This document shows, in pieces, positions 25,711 through 36,259 of a DNA stretch of 39,310 nt. Position 1 is the first letter of the stretch, and the number at the start of each line of letters is the position of its first letter. Both the position numbers and the translations under genes were made by a program. The DNA is from a bacterium (GTDB lineage: Bacteria > UBP14 > UBA6098 > B30-G16). The stretch covers positions 1 to 39,310 of the forward strand of contig JAGHAI010000108.1 in the NCBI GenBank assembly GCA_021161555.1, given 5' to 3'. Below the pieces are notes generated by a model, which was not told where the DNA came from, made no database searches, and was given only the letters and a program-made list of their open reading frames with translations.

Positions 25711-28700
25711 ATGATTTTACTGGCAATTTTAATATTGTTCGCATCATCATTTGGCGGAGAAATTTTCGTCGATGTCGAATATAATCGTTCTGACTTTTCA
25801 ATTATTTCCGATGGCAATTATTACCACATAGTTTCGCAGAATTGTGCCGTTTTCGGAGATGCCGGTGGCCCGGAATATCTTGCAGAACCGGTGCATATTC
25901 TCCTTCCGCCGCACACAAAGGCAAAATCTATGAGGATTGTTTCCGCAGAGTACGATTTTTTTGCGGAAGATATTTTCATCGCACCTTTTCAACCGCCGAC
26001 TATACGACCTATGCCAGGATTGGATATTTCGCCGGGTTTTCTGCCGCATAATCCACAGAAATATTCGCAGGATAGTTTTACGCCATCACAGCCGGCAAAA
26101 TTTACAGGCGGCGGAAATTTATCCGGATACTCGATGGCGGACATCATTGTTTTTCCATTGAGGTATAACCCGTTCAGAAGAAAAGTTGAATACTTAAAAT
26201 CATTGAAAATTTGTGTGGAATATGAGAACGGTATATCCACATCTGCGCCTGCTGTGCGTTCTCCGAAAAGTGAGCAAATTTTTTCGCGAATAGTCCGCAA
26301 AATTGCAAAAAATCCCGATGCCATTTCCCTTTATTCTGCGCTGTGGGCAATTGATGTGGGAACGAAGGATTATGCAGTCGTGTGTGCGGAAAGTTATTCT
26401 TCCACCGATGCTATGGAAAAATTTCGCCTCGCACTGCGCAGGCAGGGCTGGAACGATACGCTTATAACGGTGGAATCCACATCTTCTTTTCCCGGCAGTG
26501 ATGAGGGCGAAAAGTTGAGAAATGCTTTGAAAAATTTATATGAAAGTTCGGGCATTGCCGCTGTCGTTCTCGTGGGAGATATAAATGCGGTGCCTTTCAG
26601 ATATGGGTATGCTATGGATTGCGGCGCAGGAATTATGCCGGATGAAAATTATATCCCCTGCGACCTGTATTTCGCCGATTACGATGGGGACTGGAACGCG
26701 AACGATACTTTTCCCTACGGCGAAGTTTCGGACAGCGTGGATTTATATCCCGATGTTTTAATCGGCAGGATTTCGGCGGATTCTCCGACCGAATTCAGCA
26801 ACTGGGTTGACAAATACACCACCTATGTTGAAGATACCCCTGCCGATTTCGGAGCGGAAGCGCTGTTTCTCGCAGAAATCCTGTGGGATGACCCGTTCAC
26901 AGATTCGGGCGTCGGCAAGGATATGGTCAGGGATGATGCTCTGCCGTCCTGGTTTGAGTTGACGAGATTGTATGAAACTCTTGGGAATGAGACGATGTTA
27001 TCTGTCACATCCGCGTTCAACGACGGCTATGGCATTACAAATCACGATGGACACGCATTCTGCTCCATAATCGGCGTCGGCGATGATTACTTTGATTTGA
27101 GCGATGCGGACGCGCTGCACAATTATCCTCGATGTGGGGTTATGTATTCCATCGGCTGCTGGCCTGCAGCGTTCGACTACGACTGCATCGCTGAACACTT
27201 CATCACAAATCCCGACGGCGGATTTGTGGCATTTGTCGGAAATTCAAGATACGGCTGGGGCTCGCCAGGAAATCCCGGATACGGATACTCGGACTACTTC
27301 GACCACGATTTCTGGAAAAATATCTTCGGCGGTTCTCCCGCCATAGGCGAGGCTCTTGCCGTTATAAAGTCTTTTTATACACCCTTTGCGAGGTGGGAAA
27401 ATGTCTGGCGGTGGAAAATTTACGAAATCAATGTGCTCGGCGAACCCGGAATGGTCGTATGGCAGGATGAACCAGTTGCCAGGGAATATGAACTGCCATC
27501 TCTTATAGAATCCGGCGGCGCTCCACTTTCGATAACATCTGAAACGCAGATTTCTATGACGGCGATTCAGGACGGTGAGATAATCGACAGAAATGAAGGT
27601 GCTGGAAGCGTCGAACTGTGGGTTGAACCTATCACATCTTCTCCAATCGAAATATCAGCCTTCTCGCCCGATGGATTCTTAAAAATATTCACCGATTCCA
27701 TTTATGTCGATGCTGGTGTGCCTTACATTGCCCTCGATTACCTTTCACAGAACACAATTTCGCCTGCTGAAACTGCCTCTGTCATCTTTTATATGCGCAA
27801 CTACACTTCCACTGGCGGGGCTTTTTCGTGGAGTCCCGAATTAACCAGCGGAGGAGAAATCCTGTCGTATGAAGCGGGTCCTTCTGCAATTTTTGGCGAA
27901 GATACATTTTCGCTGTCCGCCGCCATCGTTGCAGATGAGGAACTGGCGAACGGCGAGCAAGTGTTATTGCAATTGAACTGCGTCTGCGACGATGATACTT
28001 TTCCCGTTCCAGTGGCTATCGAAGGAATTGCGCCGGTTCTTTCCGTCTGTTCGGTGAAACTTTTCGGTTCGCATTTCGGAGAAGCGGCGCTGCCAGGGGA
28101 AGATTATTCGCTGTTCGCTGAAATAGTAAATTCTGGTTCAGATTCATACATCGGAGATGTGTCGGCGAGCAGTCCTTCGTCTTATCTCACTATTTATGGC
28201 ACCTCACCGGTGGAAGCACACAGCGGAACGACCTTTACAGCATCGCCAATCGCTCTGTCCGTGTCTCCCGTGTGTCCATCGCCGTCAGTTCAGCCGATTA
28301 TTTTCTCCTTCGATGATGGCGAAGCTGATACCTTTTATCTGTCCGTCGGTGAGGGAAAATTTTTGGACGATGCGGAAGGCACGCCGCATTTCAGTATGGG
28401 TAGTTCCTGGCATCAAACGACGGATGATTTTCACGACGGCGCTCATTCATATCGCTGCGCGGACGAGATTTCGGGATTATACCCCGACAACACAGACGCA
28501 TATCTTACGAGCGACACAATTGTGATTGGTGAAAGGGCGGTGCTTTCCTTCTGGATGAGATATGAAGTCACCACCCTTGAGGATGACTATGGAACGGATG
28601 GGCTCTATCTTTATATCTACGATATAGACGATGATTCGCTTGTGGAAATTGCCTTCATCGGCGGCGGCGGTGCTTTGCCCTTCACCAATTTTGAAATGGG

Positions 28701-29130
28701 CTGGACGCACTGGCAGTTCAAAATTCCGTTTGCCGCGCAGAAGAAAATTTTGGTTGAGTTCCGATTTCTTTCCGATTACGGAGATAATGCACAGGGCTTT
28801 TTCATCGACGATGTTTATGTGAAGTGGCAGCGGACAATTGTGGAAACGACCACAGATATACAATCCTCTCTGCAAAAGCCGAAGATACCTATTTTGTCAA
28901 TTGCGCCAAACCCGTTCAATTCATCCTGCAAAATCGCCATCGACAATCTGGATGAGAATGCGGATATCGACATATTTGACTTATCGGGAAAGAATCTATA
29001 CCATCGCTCAATTCGTGCGCCGAAGAAGACCATCGTCTGGCATCCGAAGGACATCGCAAGCGGAATATATCTCTTCAGGGCAAAGGGAAAGAATTTTTCC
29101 ACGCAGAGGAAAATTTTCTTCATCAGATGA
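25711..29130 (+). CDS. C25 (gingipain-like) cysteine peptidase with propeptide, accessory beta domains and T9SS-type CTD
   Basis: VVLVGD, CDLYFAD, IGRI, NHDGH and SIGC catalytic motifs, VLGEP, C-terminal APNPFN..SGIYLF; GAGGTG SD supports ATG 25711. Confidence 0.9.
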   Translation: MILLAILILFASSFGGEIFVDVEYNRSDFSIISDGNYYHIVSQNCAVFGDAGGPEYLAEPVHILLPPHTKAKSMRIVSAEYDFFAEDIFIAPFQPPTIRPMPGLDISPGFLPHNPQKYSQDSFTPSQPAKFTGGGNLSGYSMADIIVFPLRYNPFRRKVEYLKSLKICVEYENGISTSAPAVRSPKSEQIFSRIVRKIAKNPDAISLYSALWAIDVGTKDYAVVCAESYSSTDAMEKFRLALRRQGWNDTLITVESTSSFPGSDEGEKLRNALKNLYESSGIAAVVLVGDINAVPFRYGYAMDCGAGIMPDENYIPCDLYFADYDGDWNANDTFPYGEVSDSVDLYPDVLIGRISADSPTEFSNWVDKYTTYVEDTPADFGAEALFLAEILWDDPFTDSGVGKDMVRDDALPSWFELTRLYETLGNETMLSVTSAFNDGYGITNHDGHAFCSIIGVGDDYFDLSDADALHNYPRCGVMYSIGCWPAAFDYDCIAEHFITNPDGGFVAFVGNSRYGWGSPGNPGYGYSDYFDHDFWKNIFGGSPAIGEALAVIKSFYTPFARWENVWRWKIYEINVLGEPGMVVWQDEPVAREYELPSLIESGGAPLSITSETQISMTAIQDGEIIDRNEGAGSVELWVEPITSSPIEISAFSPDGFLKIFTDSIYVDAGVPYIALDYLSQNTISPAETASVIFYMRNYTSTGGAFSWSPELTSGGEILSYEAGPSAIFGEDTFSLSAAIVADEELANGEQVLLQLNCVCDDDTFPVPVAIEGIAPVLSVCSVKLFGSHFGEAALPGEDYSLFAEIVNSGSDSYIGDVSASSPSSYLTIYGTSPVEAHSGTTFTASPIALSVSPVCPSPSVQPIIFSFDDGEADTFYLSVGEGKFLDDAEGTPHFSMGSSWHQTTDDFHDGAHSYRCADEISGLYPDNTDAYLTSDTIVIGERAVLSFWMRYEVTTLEDDYGTDGLYLYIYDIDDDSLVEIAFIGGGGALPFTNFEMGWTHWQFKIPFAAQKKILVEFRFLSDYGDNAQGFFIDDVYVKWQRTIVETTTDIQSSLQKPKIPILSIAPNPFNSSCKIAIDNLDENADIDIFDLSGKNLYHRSIRAPKKTIVWHPKDIASGIYLFRAKGKNFSTQRKIFFIR

Positions 29131-29181
29131 ACTTATGCACATTAAACATTCTTTTGAAATTATAGAGGGGGACTCTGGTTT

Positions 29182-30078
29182 ATGAACATACTTAAAACGA
29201 TAGGAAACACGCCATTGATTGAACTCGTTAACTTTTCACCTGAAGGGAGGCATATTTTTGCCAAACTTGAAGGGGAAAATCCTGGCGGCAGTATAAAGGA
29301 CAGGATAGCGGTTTCGATGGTTGAATCTGGGGAGCGAAATGGTAGTTTGCGCTCTGGTGGAACGATAATTGAACCCACAAGCGGAAACACCGGTATCGGT
29401 CTTGCGATGGTCGCTGCGGCGAAGGGATACCGCTGTATTATTGTTATGCCGGAAAATATGTCGGAAGAACGGAGAAAAATTTTAAGATATTTTGGTGCGG
29501 AAGTAATTCTGACGCCTGCCGAAAAGGGTATGCTGGGCGCCATCGAAAAGGCGGGAGAAATTGCCGAAAACACCGAAAATAGTTTTATGCCCGACCAGTT
29601 TTCCAATCCTGCCAATCCATCTGCGCATCGGGAAAACACAGGACCTGAAATATACGATGCTCTTGGTTTCGTTCCCGATGCTTTTGTAGCGGGAGTTGGC
29701 ACCGGAGGAACAATTATAGGCGTTGCGCAGTATTTTAAGCTGGATATTTCCGCAGATATAGAAATTGTCGCTGTGGAGCCGTCCGAATCTGCCGTTTTGT
29801 CCGGAGGAGAAAAGGGAGCACACAATATTCAGGGCATTGGTGCGGGTTTTGTTCCGCCGATGTTCGATGCTGAACTCATCGATAGGATTGTTCAGATTTC
29901 GAGCGATGAAGCCACAGATATGACAAAGGAACTTGCCCGAAAGTGCGGAATTGCGGCGGGAATTTCATCGGGTGCGAACCTTGCCGCTGCAATAAAAATA
30001 GCCCAAAAAATGCCGGCCGATTCGTCCGTTGTGACCGTTTTCCCCGATAAAATTGACAGATACCTTTCAATTTTATGA
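29182..30078 (+). CDS. cysK: Cysteine synthase (O-acetylserine sulfhydrylase)
   Basis: NPGGSIKDR, EPTSGNTG, GVGTGGT, HNIQGIGAGF. Confidence 0.95.
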   Translation: MNILKTIGNTPLIELVNFSPEGRHIFAKLEGENPGGSIKDRIAVSMVESGERNGSLRSGGTIIEPTSGNTGIGLAMVAAAKGYRCIIVMPENMSEERRKILRYFGAEVILTPAEKGMLGAIEKAGEIAENTENSFMPDQFSNPANPSAHRENTGPEIYDALGFVPDAFVAGVGTGGTIIGVAQYFKLDISADIEIVAVEPSESAVLSGGEKGAHNIQGIGAGFVPPMFDAELIDRIVQISSDEATDMTKELARKCGIAAGISSGANLAAAIKIAQKMPADSSVVTVFPDKIDRYLSIL

Positions 30079-30081
30079 CCG

Positions 30082-30942
30082 ATGATTACTATGCCGCATA
30101 GAAAATACATATCGCTTATATTATCCCCCGAAGGAGGGCAAAAGAGCCTTTCATTCCGATTGCAGAAATGGCAGCTCTGGACGGTTACATTGACCATTGT
30201 GCTGGGCTGGTTGTTTCTATTTCTGGGTATTCTGGGCGCAGTATTCTTCGCTCGTTTTGCGGCGAATGAACGCGCACTCATAGCGGAAAACAACCGCCTT
30301 CGTATGGCGCTTGTAAAGGCTGATTCTCTCCGACAGGAACTGGACAAAATGAGAGCGATGCGCAAACTGATGGAAAAAGCCCTTCTCGTTGCAAAGAGAA
30401 AGGAAGAAGGGTTAAAACTCGATTCCGATGAAAATTTTCCTGATTGGTTGTCAAGAGGTTCGGTTTTCAACGGGGCTTCATCGCTGCCGGAACTTACGAA
30501 ATATCTTGAGGACATAAAACGAGCCGAAGCCTACATACCTTCGGGATTGCCTGCGCAGGGTGTGATTACTGCGAAATTCGGGGAAACCGGCGGGATTTTC
30601 AGGTCCCCTCATTCGGGAGTTGATATTCTTGCTCAAATAGGAACCCCCGTTCGGGCTACTGCTGACGGCATCGTCTCAAAAGTGGACGAAGATAGCGAAC
30701 TCGGGCGTTTCGTCGAAATCGACCATTTGAACGGATACCGAACGATATATGCCCATTTATCGGATTTTAGCGTGGAGAGAGGCTCGCCAATCAGGCGGGG
30801 AAGTATCATCGGGCATAGCGGAAAGACTGGAAAGGCCAGGAATCCGCACATACACTATGAGGTGCTATATGCGGGAAAACCCATCGACCCCCTGAAGAAG
30901 ATAACCAGCCCGAAATACACGACTGCGGATTCAGGTAAATGA
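30082..30942 (+). CDS. M23 family metallopeptidase with TM anchor and coiled coil
   Basis: HSGVD (HxxxD), YAHL, PHIHYEV (HxH). Confidence 0.93.
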   Translation: MITMPHRKYISLILSPEGGQKSLSFRLQKWQLWTVTLTIVLGWLFLFLGILGAVFFARFAANERALIAENNRLRMALVKADSLRQELDKMRAMRKLMEKALLVAKRKEEGLKLDSDENFPDWLSRGSVFNGASSLPELTKYLEDIKRAEAYIPSGLPAQGVITAKFGETGGIFRSPHSGVDILAQIGTPVRATADGIVSKVDEDSELGRFVEIDHLNGYRTIYAHLSDFSVERGSPIRRGSIIGHSGKTGKARNPHIHYEVLYAGKPIDPLKKITSPKYTTADSGK

Positions 30943-31032
30943 TGGACAATTACGATGTAAAAATTTGCGCAAATTTTTTTTGCTTTTCGTCATAGAACTT
31001 ATATCTTTGCTTTTTTGAGAAAAGGTGAGGAA

Positions 31033-31431
31033 ATGGCGTTTTTAAAAAACATAGGTCAGAGGAATTCTTCGGAACATCTTAATACATTTCTCGGGGATGG
31101 CACGACGCTTTCTGGCGAATTTTCAGTTTCTGGAAGCGTCCGCATAGATGGATATTTTACGGGCAAGTTATCAGCCACAGGGCATTTGACAATTGGTCAG
31201 AATGGCTATGTGAAGGCGCAGAATACGATTCACTGCCAGAGCGCGCACATTGCGGGGACTGTGGAAGGCAATATCATTGCGCCACAGAAAGTTTTCCTGA
31301 CAAAGACGGCGCGGATTTTCGGCGACATTACCACACAGGTTCTCGTGATTGAAGAAGGTGCAATTTTCAACGGGCGAAGCGAAATGGAAAGCACATTTGA
31401 CGAGCAACTTATAGCATCCGATGGCGGATGA
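31033..31431 (+). CDS. Bactofilin (polymer-forming cytoskeletal protein)
   Basis: TFLGDGT..VRIDG..G.VEGNI..IEEGAIFNG; follows the M23 gene. Confidence 0.92.
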   Translation: MAFLKNIGQRNSSEHLNTFLGDGTTLSGEFSVSGSVRIDGYFTGKLSATGHLTIGQNGYVKAQNTIHCQSAHIAGTVEGNIIAPQKVFLTKTARIFGDITTQVLVIEEGAIFNGRSEMESTFDEQLIASDGG

Positions 31432-31510
31432 TTGTTGACAACTATGTTGATAAGTCGGTTTATTATGTTGATAAACTACGGTATTTGCTTTCAATATAAG
31501 GAGTTATGCT

Positions 31511-31816
31511 ATGGAAAAAATTGTTGAAAAGATACGGGAATCGGAGGAGAAGGCATCGAAATTGATTGCATCTGCCGAAGCGGAAGGAAGAAGACAACTT
31601 GCGGAAAAGAAAGCGGAAATTGAAGAATTGCGCGCAAAACTCGATGACGAAATAGCGGAGATAATCGAAAAGGCGAAAAAAGACGGCGAAGATGATGCGA
31701 AACCTGAAATCGAAGCGCTTGAGGAGGAAACCACAAAGAAAATCGAAGCGCTTGAGGAAAGATATGCGAAAATAAAGGATGAACTTATACAAAAGGTGAT
31801 TTCGCAGTTCAAGTGA
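31511..31816 (+). CDS. V/A-type ATPase peripheral stalk subunit G/H
   Basis: Charged coiled coil (IRESEEKASKLIASAE) directly before subunit I; AGGAG SD. Confidence 0.75.
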   Translation: MEKIVEKIRESEEKASKLIASAEAEGRRQLAEKKAEIEELRAKLDDEIAEIIEKAKKDGEDDAKPEIEALEEETTKKIEALEERYAKIKDELIQKVISQFK

Positions 31817-31834
31817 TATTTTCAGGAGTTTTAT

Positions 31835-33778
31835 ATGGCAACAGTTCCTATGACAAAAATCGGTATTATTGGCTACGGCAGCGATGGAAAGAAGATTGTC
31901 GAATTTTTGCAGAAGGAAAGCGTGGTTGAACTCGTTCCGCTGGAAGAACCAGAGGGAAGCAGTATCGAATTGGAGCAGACAATCCGCAGGCTTGATAATT
32001 GTGCGAGTTTTCTAATCTCATTTTGCAAAAATCCGCCGAAGAAACCGATATTGTCACCAGAGAAAGCCCGCGCTCTCATTGCGGAGCAGAATGTAGATGA
32101 AATGCTGTCCACGATTGAAAATTTGCGCAGTGAATACGAAAAATTAAAGTCCAAGATTGCGAAAAATCGGGGCTACATACAAATTCTCGAACCGTGGCGA
32201 AATTTGGATTCACCGCTGTCGTCGATAAAGGATACAGCGAATGTAAGGATTCGTATGGGGACGATTCCACCGCAGTTCGTTGAAATTTTTGAACACGAAG
32301 TAATCGAACAAAAATTGCTTTTCTGGCGCGAGATATCCCGCGGACACGATGGGATGCACATCGTCATTGCATATCACAACACGATTTCCCAATGGCTCGA
32401 TGAACTCCTCGCAAAGGTGGAATTTACCCACTGGGAGCCAAAACTATTTTCGGACACTCCCCAGCGGGAAATCGCAGCGCTGAAGGACAAAATATCTTCC
32501 GCAAAGGCAGAACTGCAGAAGATAACAGCGCAGGCAGAAGATTTGGCAGACAAAATTCCCGTTCTCTGGGCTACGGCAGACCACTATGAGCAGTTGCTCG
32601 AACAATACACTGCCCGTGCATCATCAATGAAGACCGAAAGAACCTTTGCAATGCAGGGCTGGATTCCCCAAAAACTATTTCCGCGCCTGAAAAAGCGGCT
32701 CGAAACTACATTCGATGCAATCGAAGTTATGAAACTGCCCGTTCTTCCCGAAGATGAACCGCCTGTGGCACTGAAAAATCCATTTTTCATCGAAGCATTC
32801 GAAATCATAACCGACCTTTATGGGAGACCTAAAAAGGGAATGGTTGACCCAACGCCTTATGTCGCTCCTTTCTTCGCCATCTATTTTGCCCTGTGCCTGA
32901 CTGATGCAGGATACGGACTGCTCATAACTATAATCGGCGCATTGGGTTTGTTCCTGATGAAACAGCCTTCCGCGCAGAAATTTTTCAGAATGATTCTGTA
33001 TGTCGGAATACTCACAATCGGAGCGGGCATTATTACGGGTGGATATTTTGGCATTGCTATGCCTGAACCGTCGCAGGCGACGGGGCTGGCAAAATTTGCG
33101 CTATCTCTAAAATTGTTCGACCCACTGCGCGACATTATGACATTCTTTGCAATCTCAATCGCTCTGGGCATTATTCAGTTGAGTGTCGGTTTTCTCCTAT
33201 CGGGATATGTGCAGTTGCAGGCATCGAAGAGTTTTTTGCAAAAACTTCACGCGGTTTTCATCTCGCTTTCCTGGACGGCAACCACTGTCGGCGTTGGATT
33301 TTTCGTTATGTATTATGTTATACCCGAGAAGCTTGCTTCGCTTGGTCCGCTGGGCGTGACGATTTTGAAATTCGGAGCGGCTGGCATAGTGATAGGACAT
33401 CTCATCATCGGCAAACTTGCAGGGAAATCGCTTGGGGAATCCATCGGGAACGCATTCGGCTTCGACGGACTTTACGGTATTATCAGTGTCTTTTCCGACC
33501 TGTTGTCCTTCGTCAGAATCACGGCGCTCGGGCTTTCCACAGGAATTGTAGCAGGTGTCATCACCAATATGACAATTCAGATGAAGGGCGCACTGTTCGC
33601 CGCGGGAATAATTATCTTAATTGGCGGACATATCTTCTATTGCCTGTTTTCGGCTCTCGGCGCATTTGTCCATCCAACTCGATTGCAGTTTGTCGAATTT
33701 TTCAGCAAATTCTACGAATCCGGCGGAAAGGCATTTGAACCCTTCAGGCGGAAATATCGAAGAATAGAAGTCATTTGA
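31835..33778 (+). CDS. atpI: V/A-type ATP synthase subunit I
   Basis: PPVALKNP, DPTP, DAGYG, DLLSFVRITALGL, RLQFVEFFSKFY. Confidence 0.95.
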   Translation: MATVPMTKIGIIGYGSDGKKIVEFLQKESVVELVPLEEPEGSSIELEQTIRRLDNCASFLISFCKNPPKKPILSPEKARALIAEQNVDEMLSTIENLRSEYEKLKSKIAKNRGYIQILEPWRNLDSPLSSIKDTANVRIRMGTIPPQFVEIFEHEVIEQKLLFWREISRGHDGMHIVIAYHNTISQWLDELLAKVEFTHWEPKLFSDTPQREIAALKDKISSAKAELQKITAQAEDLADKIPVLWATADHYEQLLEQYTARASSMKTERTFAMQGWIPQKLFPRLKKRLETTFDAIEVMKLPVLPEDEPPVALKNPFFIEAFEIITDLYGRPKKGMVDPTPYVAPFFAIYFALCLTDAGYGLLITIIGALGLFLMKQPSAQKFFRMILYVGILTIGAGIITGGYFGIAMPEPSQATGLAKFALSLKLFDPLRDIMTFFAISIALGIIQLSVGFLLSGYVQLQASKSFLQKLHAVFISLSWTATTVGVGFFVMYYVIPEKLASLGPLGVTILKFGAAGIVIGHLIIGKLAGKSLGESIGNAFGFDGLYGIISVFSDLLSFVRITALGLSTGIVAGVITNMTIQMKGALFAAGIIILIGGHIFYCLFSALGAFVHPTRLQFVEFFSKFYESGGKAFEPFRRKYRRIEVI

Positions 33779-33797
33779 CTCATTCAATTTTCTCGTT

Positions 33798-34532
33798 ATG
33801 GCATTTCACATAGCCGAATATAAATATCTCGATGTGCTTTCGGGAAAGGTCATTCTTGAACTTGGCTGTGGCAGAGGGCATACCGTTGCGGAGTTGTCTG
33901 AAAGGTTTGAAAAGATATTTGGCGTTGACCCCGATATTTTTCTTCTCTTCGACGAACTGGCTAAGAGGCAATTTTCCTGTGCGCAGAACTTTTTTGTCGC
34001 AGGCGGAAGCGGAGAGAGTCTTCCGTTTGCAGACGAAACATTCGACGGCGTGATTTCTCACTGGTCTCTTCACCACTATCGGTATCCCCTTACGGTTCTG
34101 CGCGAAGTGTGGCGCGTTCTGCGGAATGATGGCTGGTTGTATCTTGCCGATGGCGTGGATTATCCCGATGAAAAGATGACACTGCAGCAGAGAAATCATC
34201 AGAACTTTCACAGGTTTGCCGTTGCCGCGGATAGATATCGAAAGCGCGACCATTATCCGCTGCGGACAGCCGACAGCATCGAAAAGATTCTTGAAAGAGC
34301 GGGGTTTTCCGTATCCGAAAGCGTGATAGTTTCGGAGGAAGACCCAAACGACTCGAGAAGAGAAGAAGACTATGTTCGCGGATATATCGAAAATTTGTCC
34401 GCCCTTATGGAGAGAATGCTGGAACTTGAAGCACCGATGAAACTGGTGGAAGACCTGAAAGACCTGATAAAATCGATAAGGGATAACGGAATCAGGACGG
34501 CGCCGTTCGCCATAATCACCGCTAAAAAATAG
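33798..34532 (+). CDS. Class I SAM-dependent methyltransferase
   Basis: ILELGCGRG, LPFADETFD, LHHY, EVWRVLR..G. Confidence 0.9.
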   Translation: MAFHIAEYKYLDVLSGKVILELGCGRGHTVAELSERFEKIFGVDPDIFLLFDELAKRQFSCAQNFFVAGGSGESLPFADETFDGVISHWSLHHYRYPLTVLREVWRVLRNDGWLYLADGVDYPDEKMTLQQRNHQNFHRFAVAADRYRKRDHYPLRTADSIEKILERAGFSVSESVIVSEEDPNDSRREEDYVRGYIENLSALMERMLELEAPMKLVEDLKDLIKSIRDNGIRTAPFAIITAKK

Positions 34533-36128
34533 ATGATGAAGGATAACTTTCCACTGAAAATATCGATAATTGTTTTTCTTGCAGCGATATTCATCCTTTT
34601 GATGTATTCCCTCAACAGAACGAACTGGCACCTTGTCTATGCGCTCGATGACCCCTATATACATCTTGCGATGGCAAAAAATTTCTCGAAGCATCTTGTG
34701 TGGGGCATCACAAAATATGGGTTCACATCGTCGTCGTCGTCGCCGCTGTGGACATTGATACTGTCCGCAGCGTTTCTTATCGTGGGAATGAACGAAATTG
34801 TTCCGTTTATAATAAATTTGATACTCGCAATAGTTTTATTATATGCCATCGACAAAATACTGAAAAGATACATATCAAGCAGGCTAATATTGTTGATAAT
34901 TCTCGTTGGGACGGTATTTCTAACTCCTCTTCCTGCTCTGGTGTTCTGCGGACAGGAACATATTTTGCACATAATTTTGCTATTGTCTTTAATATATTAT
35001 TTTACACAATTTGCCTCTGTCAGCGTAGAAAAGAGAAAAAAAATTATTTCAAAAGATTTTCTTGTGATTCTGTCGCTTGCGTTTCTGTCCACAGCGGCGA
35101 GATATGAATCTTTATTCGTAATCGCGTCGGCTTCGTCGTATTTGCTTTTGCGCAGAAAATTTATACAGAGCGTCGCTCTTGCCGTTGCGGGTTCAGCGCC
35201 AGTTGTGATATACGGAATAATTTCCGTCGCAAAAGGATGGTGGTTCTTTCCAAATTCCATCGTATCGAAGGCAAATGTGCCGCTTCTGTCAACAATTGGA
35301 ATGGAAAAATTTTTGTTCGATATATACAAAAATTTTTCCGAATTTCACATCACATTTATGCTTCTTATTGCGTTGATATTGCTGAATATACTGAAGAAGG
35401 ACGGCGACAGAATGAGCAGAATTCTTCTTTTCATATTCATAGCATCAACATCTATGCACATACTGTTTGCAAAGATGGGATGGTTTTACAGATATGAAGC
35501 ATATCTCGTTGTCGTCGGCATTTTTTCGATTTCCATTGCCGCGGCAAAAAACCCCAGCCGATTTGCAATTCTTAAGGGCGGAACGCACAGGAAATATAAA
35601 ATATTATCTATCGCTGTTTTAATTTCGCTTGTGGCATACTTTCTCGTTCATCGCGGCACAGAAGCATTGATATACATACCGACTGCGACGAAAAATATTT
35701 TTGAGCAGCAGTATCAGATGGGGCTTTTCCTTCACAAATACTACGATGGACAGTGTGTGGTTGCAAACGATGTCGGCGCGATAAATTTTCTCGCCGACAT
35801 CAAATGCCTCGACCTTTTGGGACTTGCATCTATGGAAGTGGCTGAGATGTATCGTGATAAAAAATTTTCTCCCGAAAATATTAAAAAACTTGCGCGGGAA
35901 AAGGACGCGAAGATAGCAATTGTGTATGCCGAATGGTTCGATAAATATGGCGGACTCCCGAAAAACTGGCAGTTTGCAGGACAGTGGAAGATATTCGATA
36001 ACATAGTCTGCGGCGAGGATGTGGTTTCGTTTTTCGCCGTTGGAGAGGACAGGAAAAAATTGCGCAAAAATTTGAACGATTATATAAAAGACCTGCCCGA
36101 AGATGTAAATGTGCTGATTATGTTATGA
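34533..36128 (+). CDS. Polytopic membrane protein, GT-C glycosyltransferase-like
   Basis: DDPYIH in the first external loop, SSSPLW, RYE motifs, many TM helices, soluble C-terminal domain with DVGAI..DLLGL. Confidence 0.7.
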   Translation: MMKDNFPLKISIIVFLAAIFILLMYSLNRTNWHLVYALDDPYIHLAMAKNFSKHLVWGITKYGFTSSSSSPLWTLILSAAFLIVGMNEIVPFIINLILAIVLLYAIDKILKRYISSRLILLIILVGTVFLTPLPALVFCGQEHILHIILLLSLIYYFTQFASVSVEKRKKIISKDFLVILSLAFLSTAARYESLFVIASASSYLLLRRKFIQSVALAVAGSAPVVIYGIISVAKGWWFFPNSIVSKANVPLLSTIGMEKFLFDIYKNFSEFHITFMLLIALILLNILKKDGDRMSRILLFIFIASTSMHILFAKMGWFYRYEAYLVVVGIFSISIAAAKNPSRFAILKGGTHRKYKILSIAVLISLVAYFLVHRGTEALIYIPTATKNIFEQQYQMGLFLHKYYDGQCVVANDVGAINFLADIKCLDLLGLASMEVAEMYRDKKFSPENIKKLAREKDAKIAIVYAEWFDKYGGLPKNWQFAGQWKIFDNIVCGEDVVSFFAVGEDRKKLRKNLNDYIKDLPEDVNVLIML

Positions 36129-36259
36129 AATTGTCATCATTATTTTGATAAAATCGCTCTTTAAAAAAATTTCCTGTGGACGACTGCATTATTGAACCTG
36201 CGATTGAAAGTGTAAGTTCGTTATGTCTATTCTGAAAATGTTTTTTTATCGTGTAGTTT

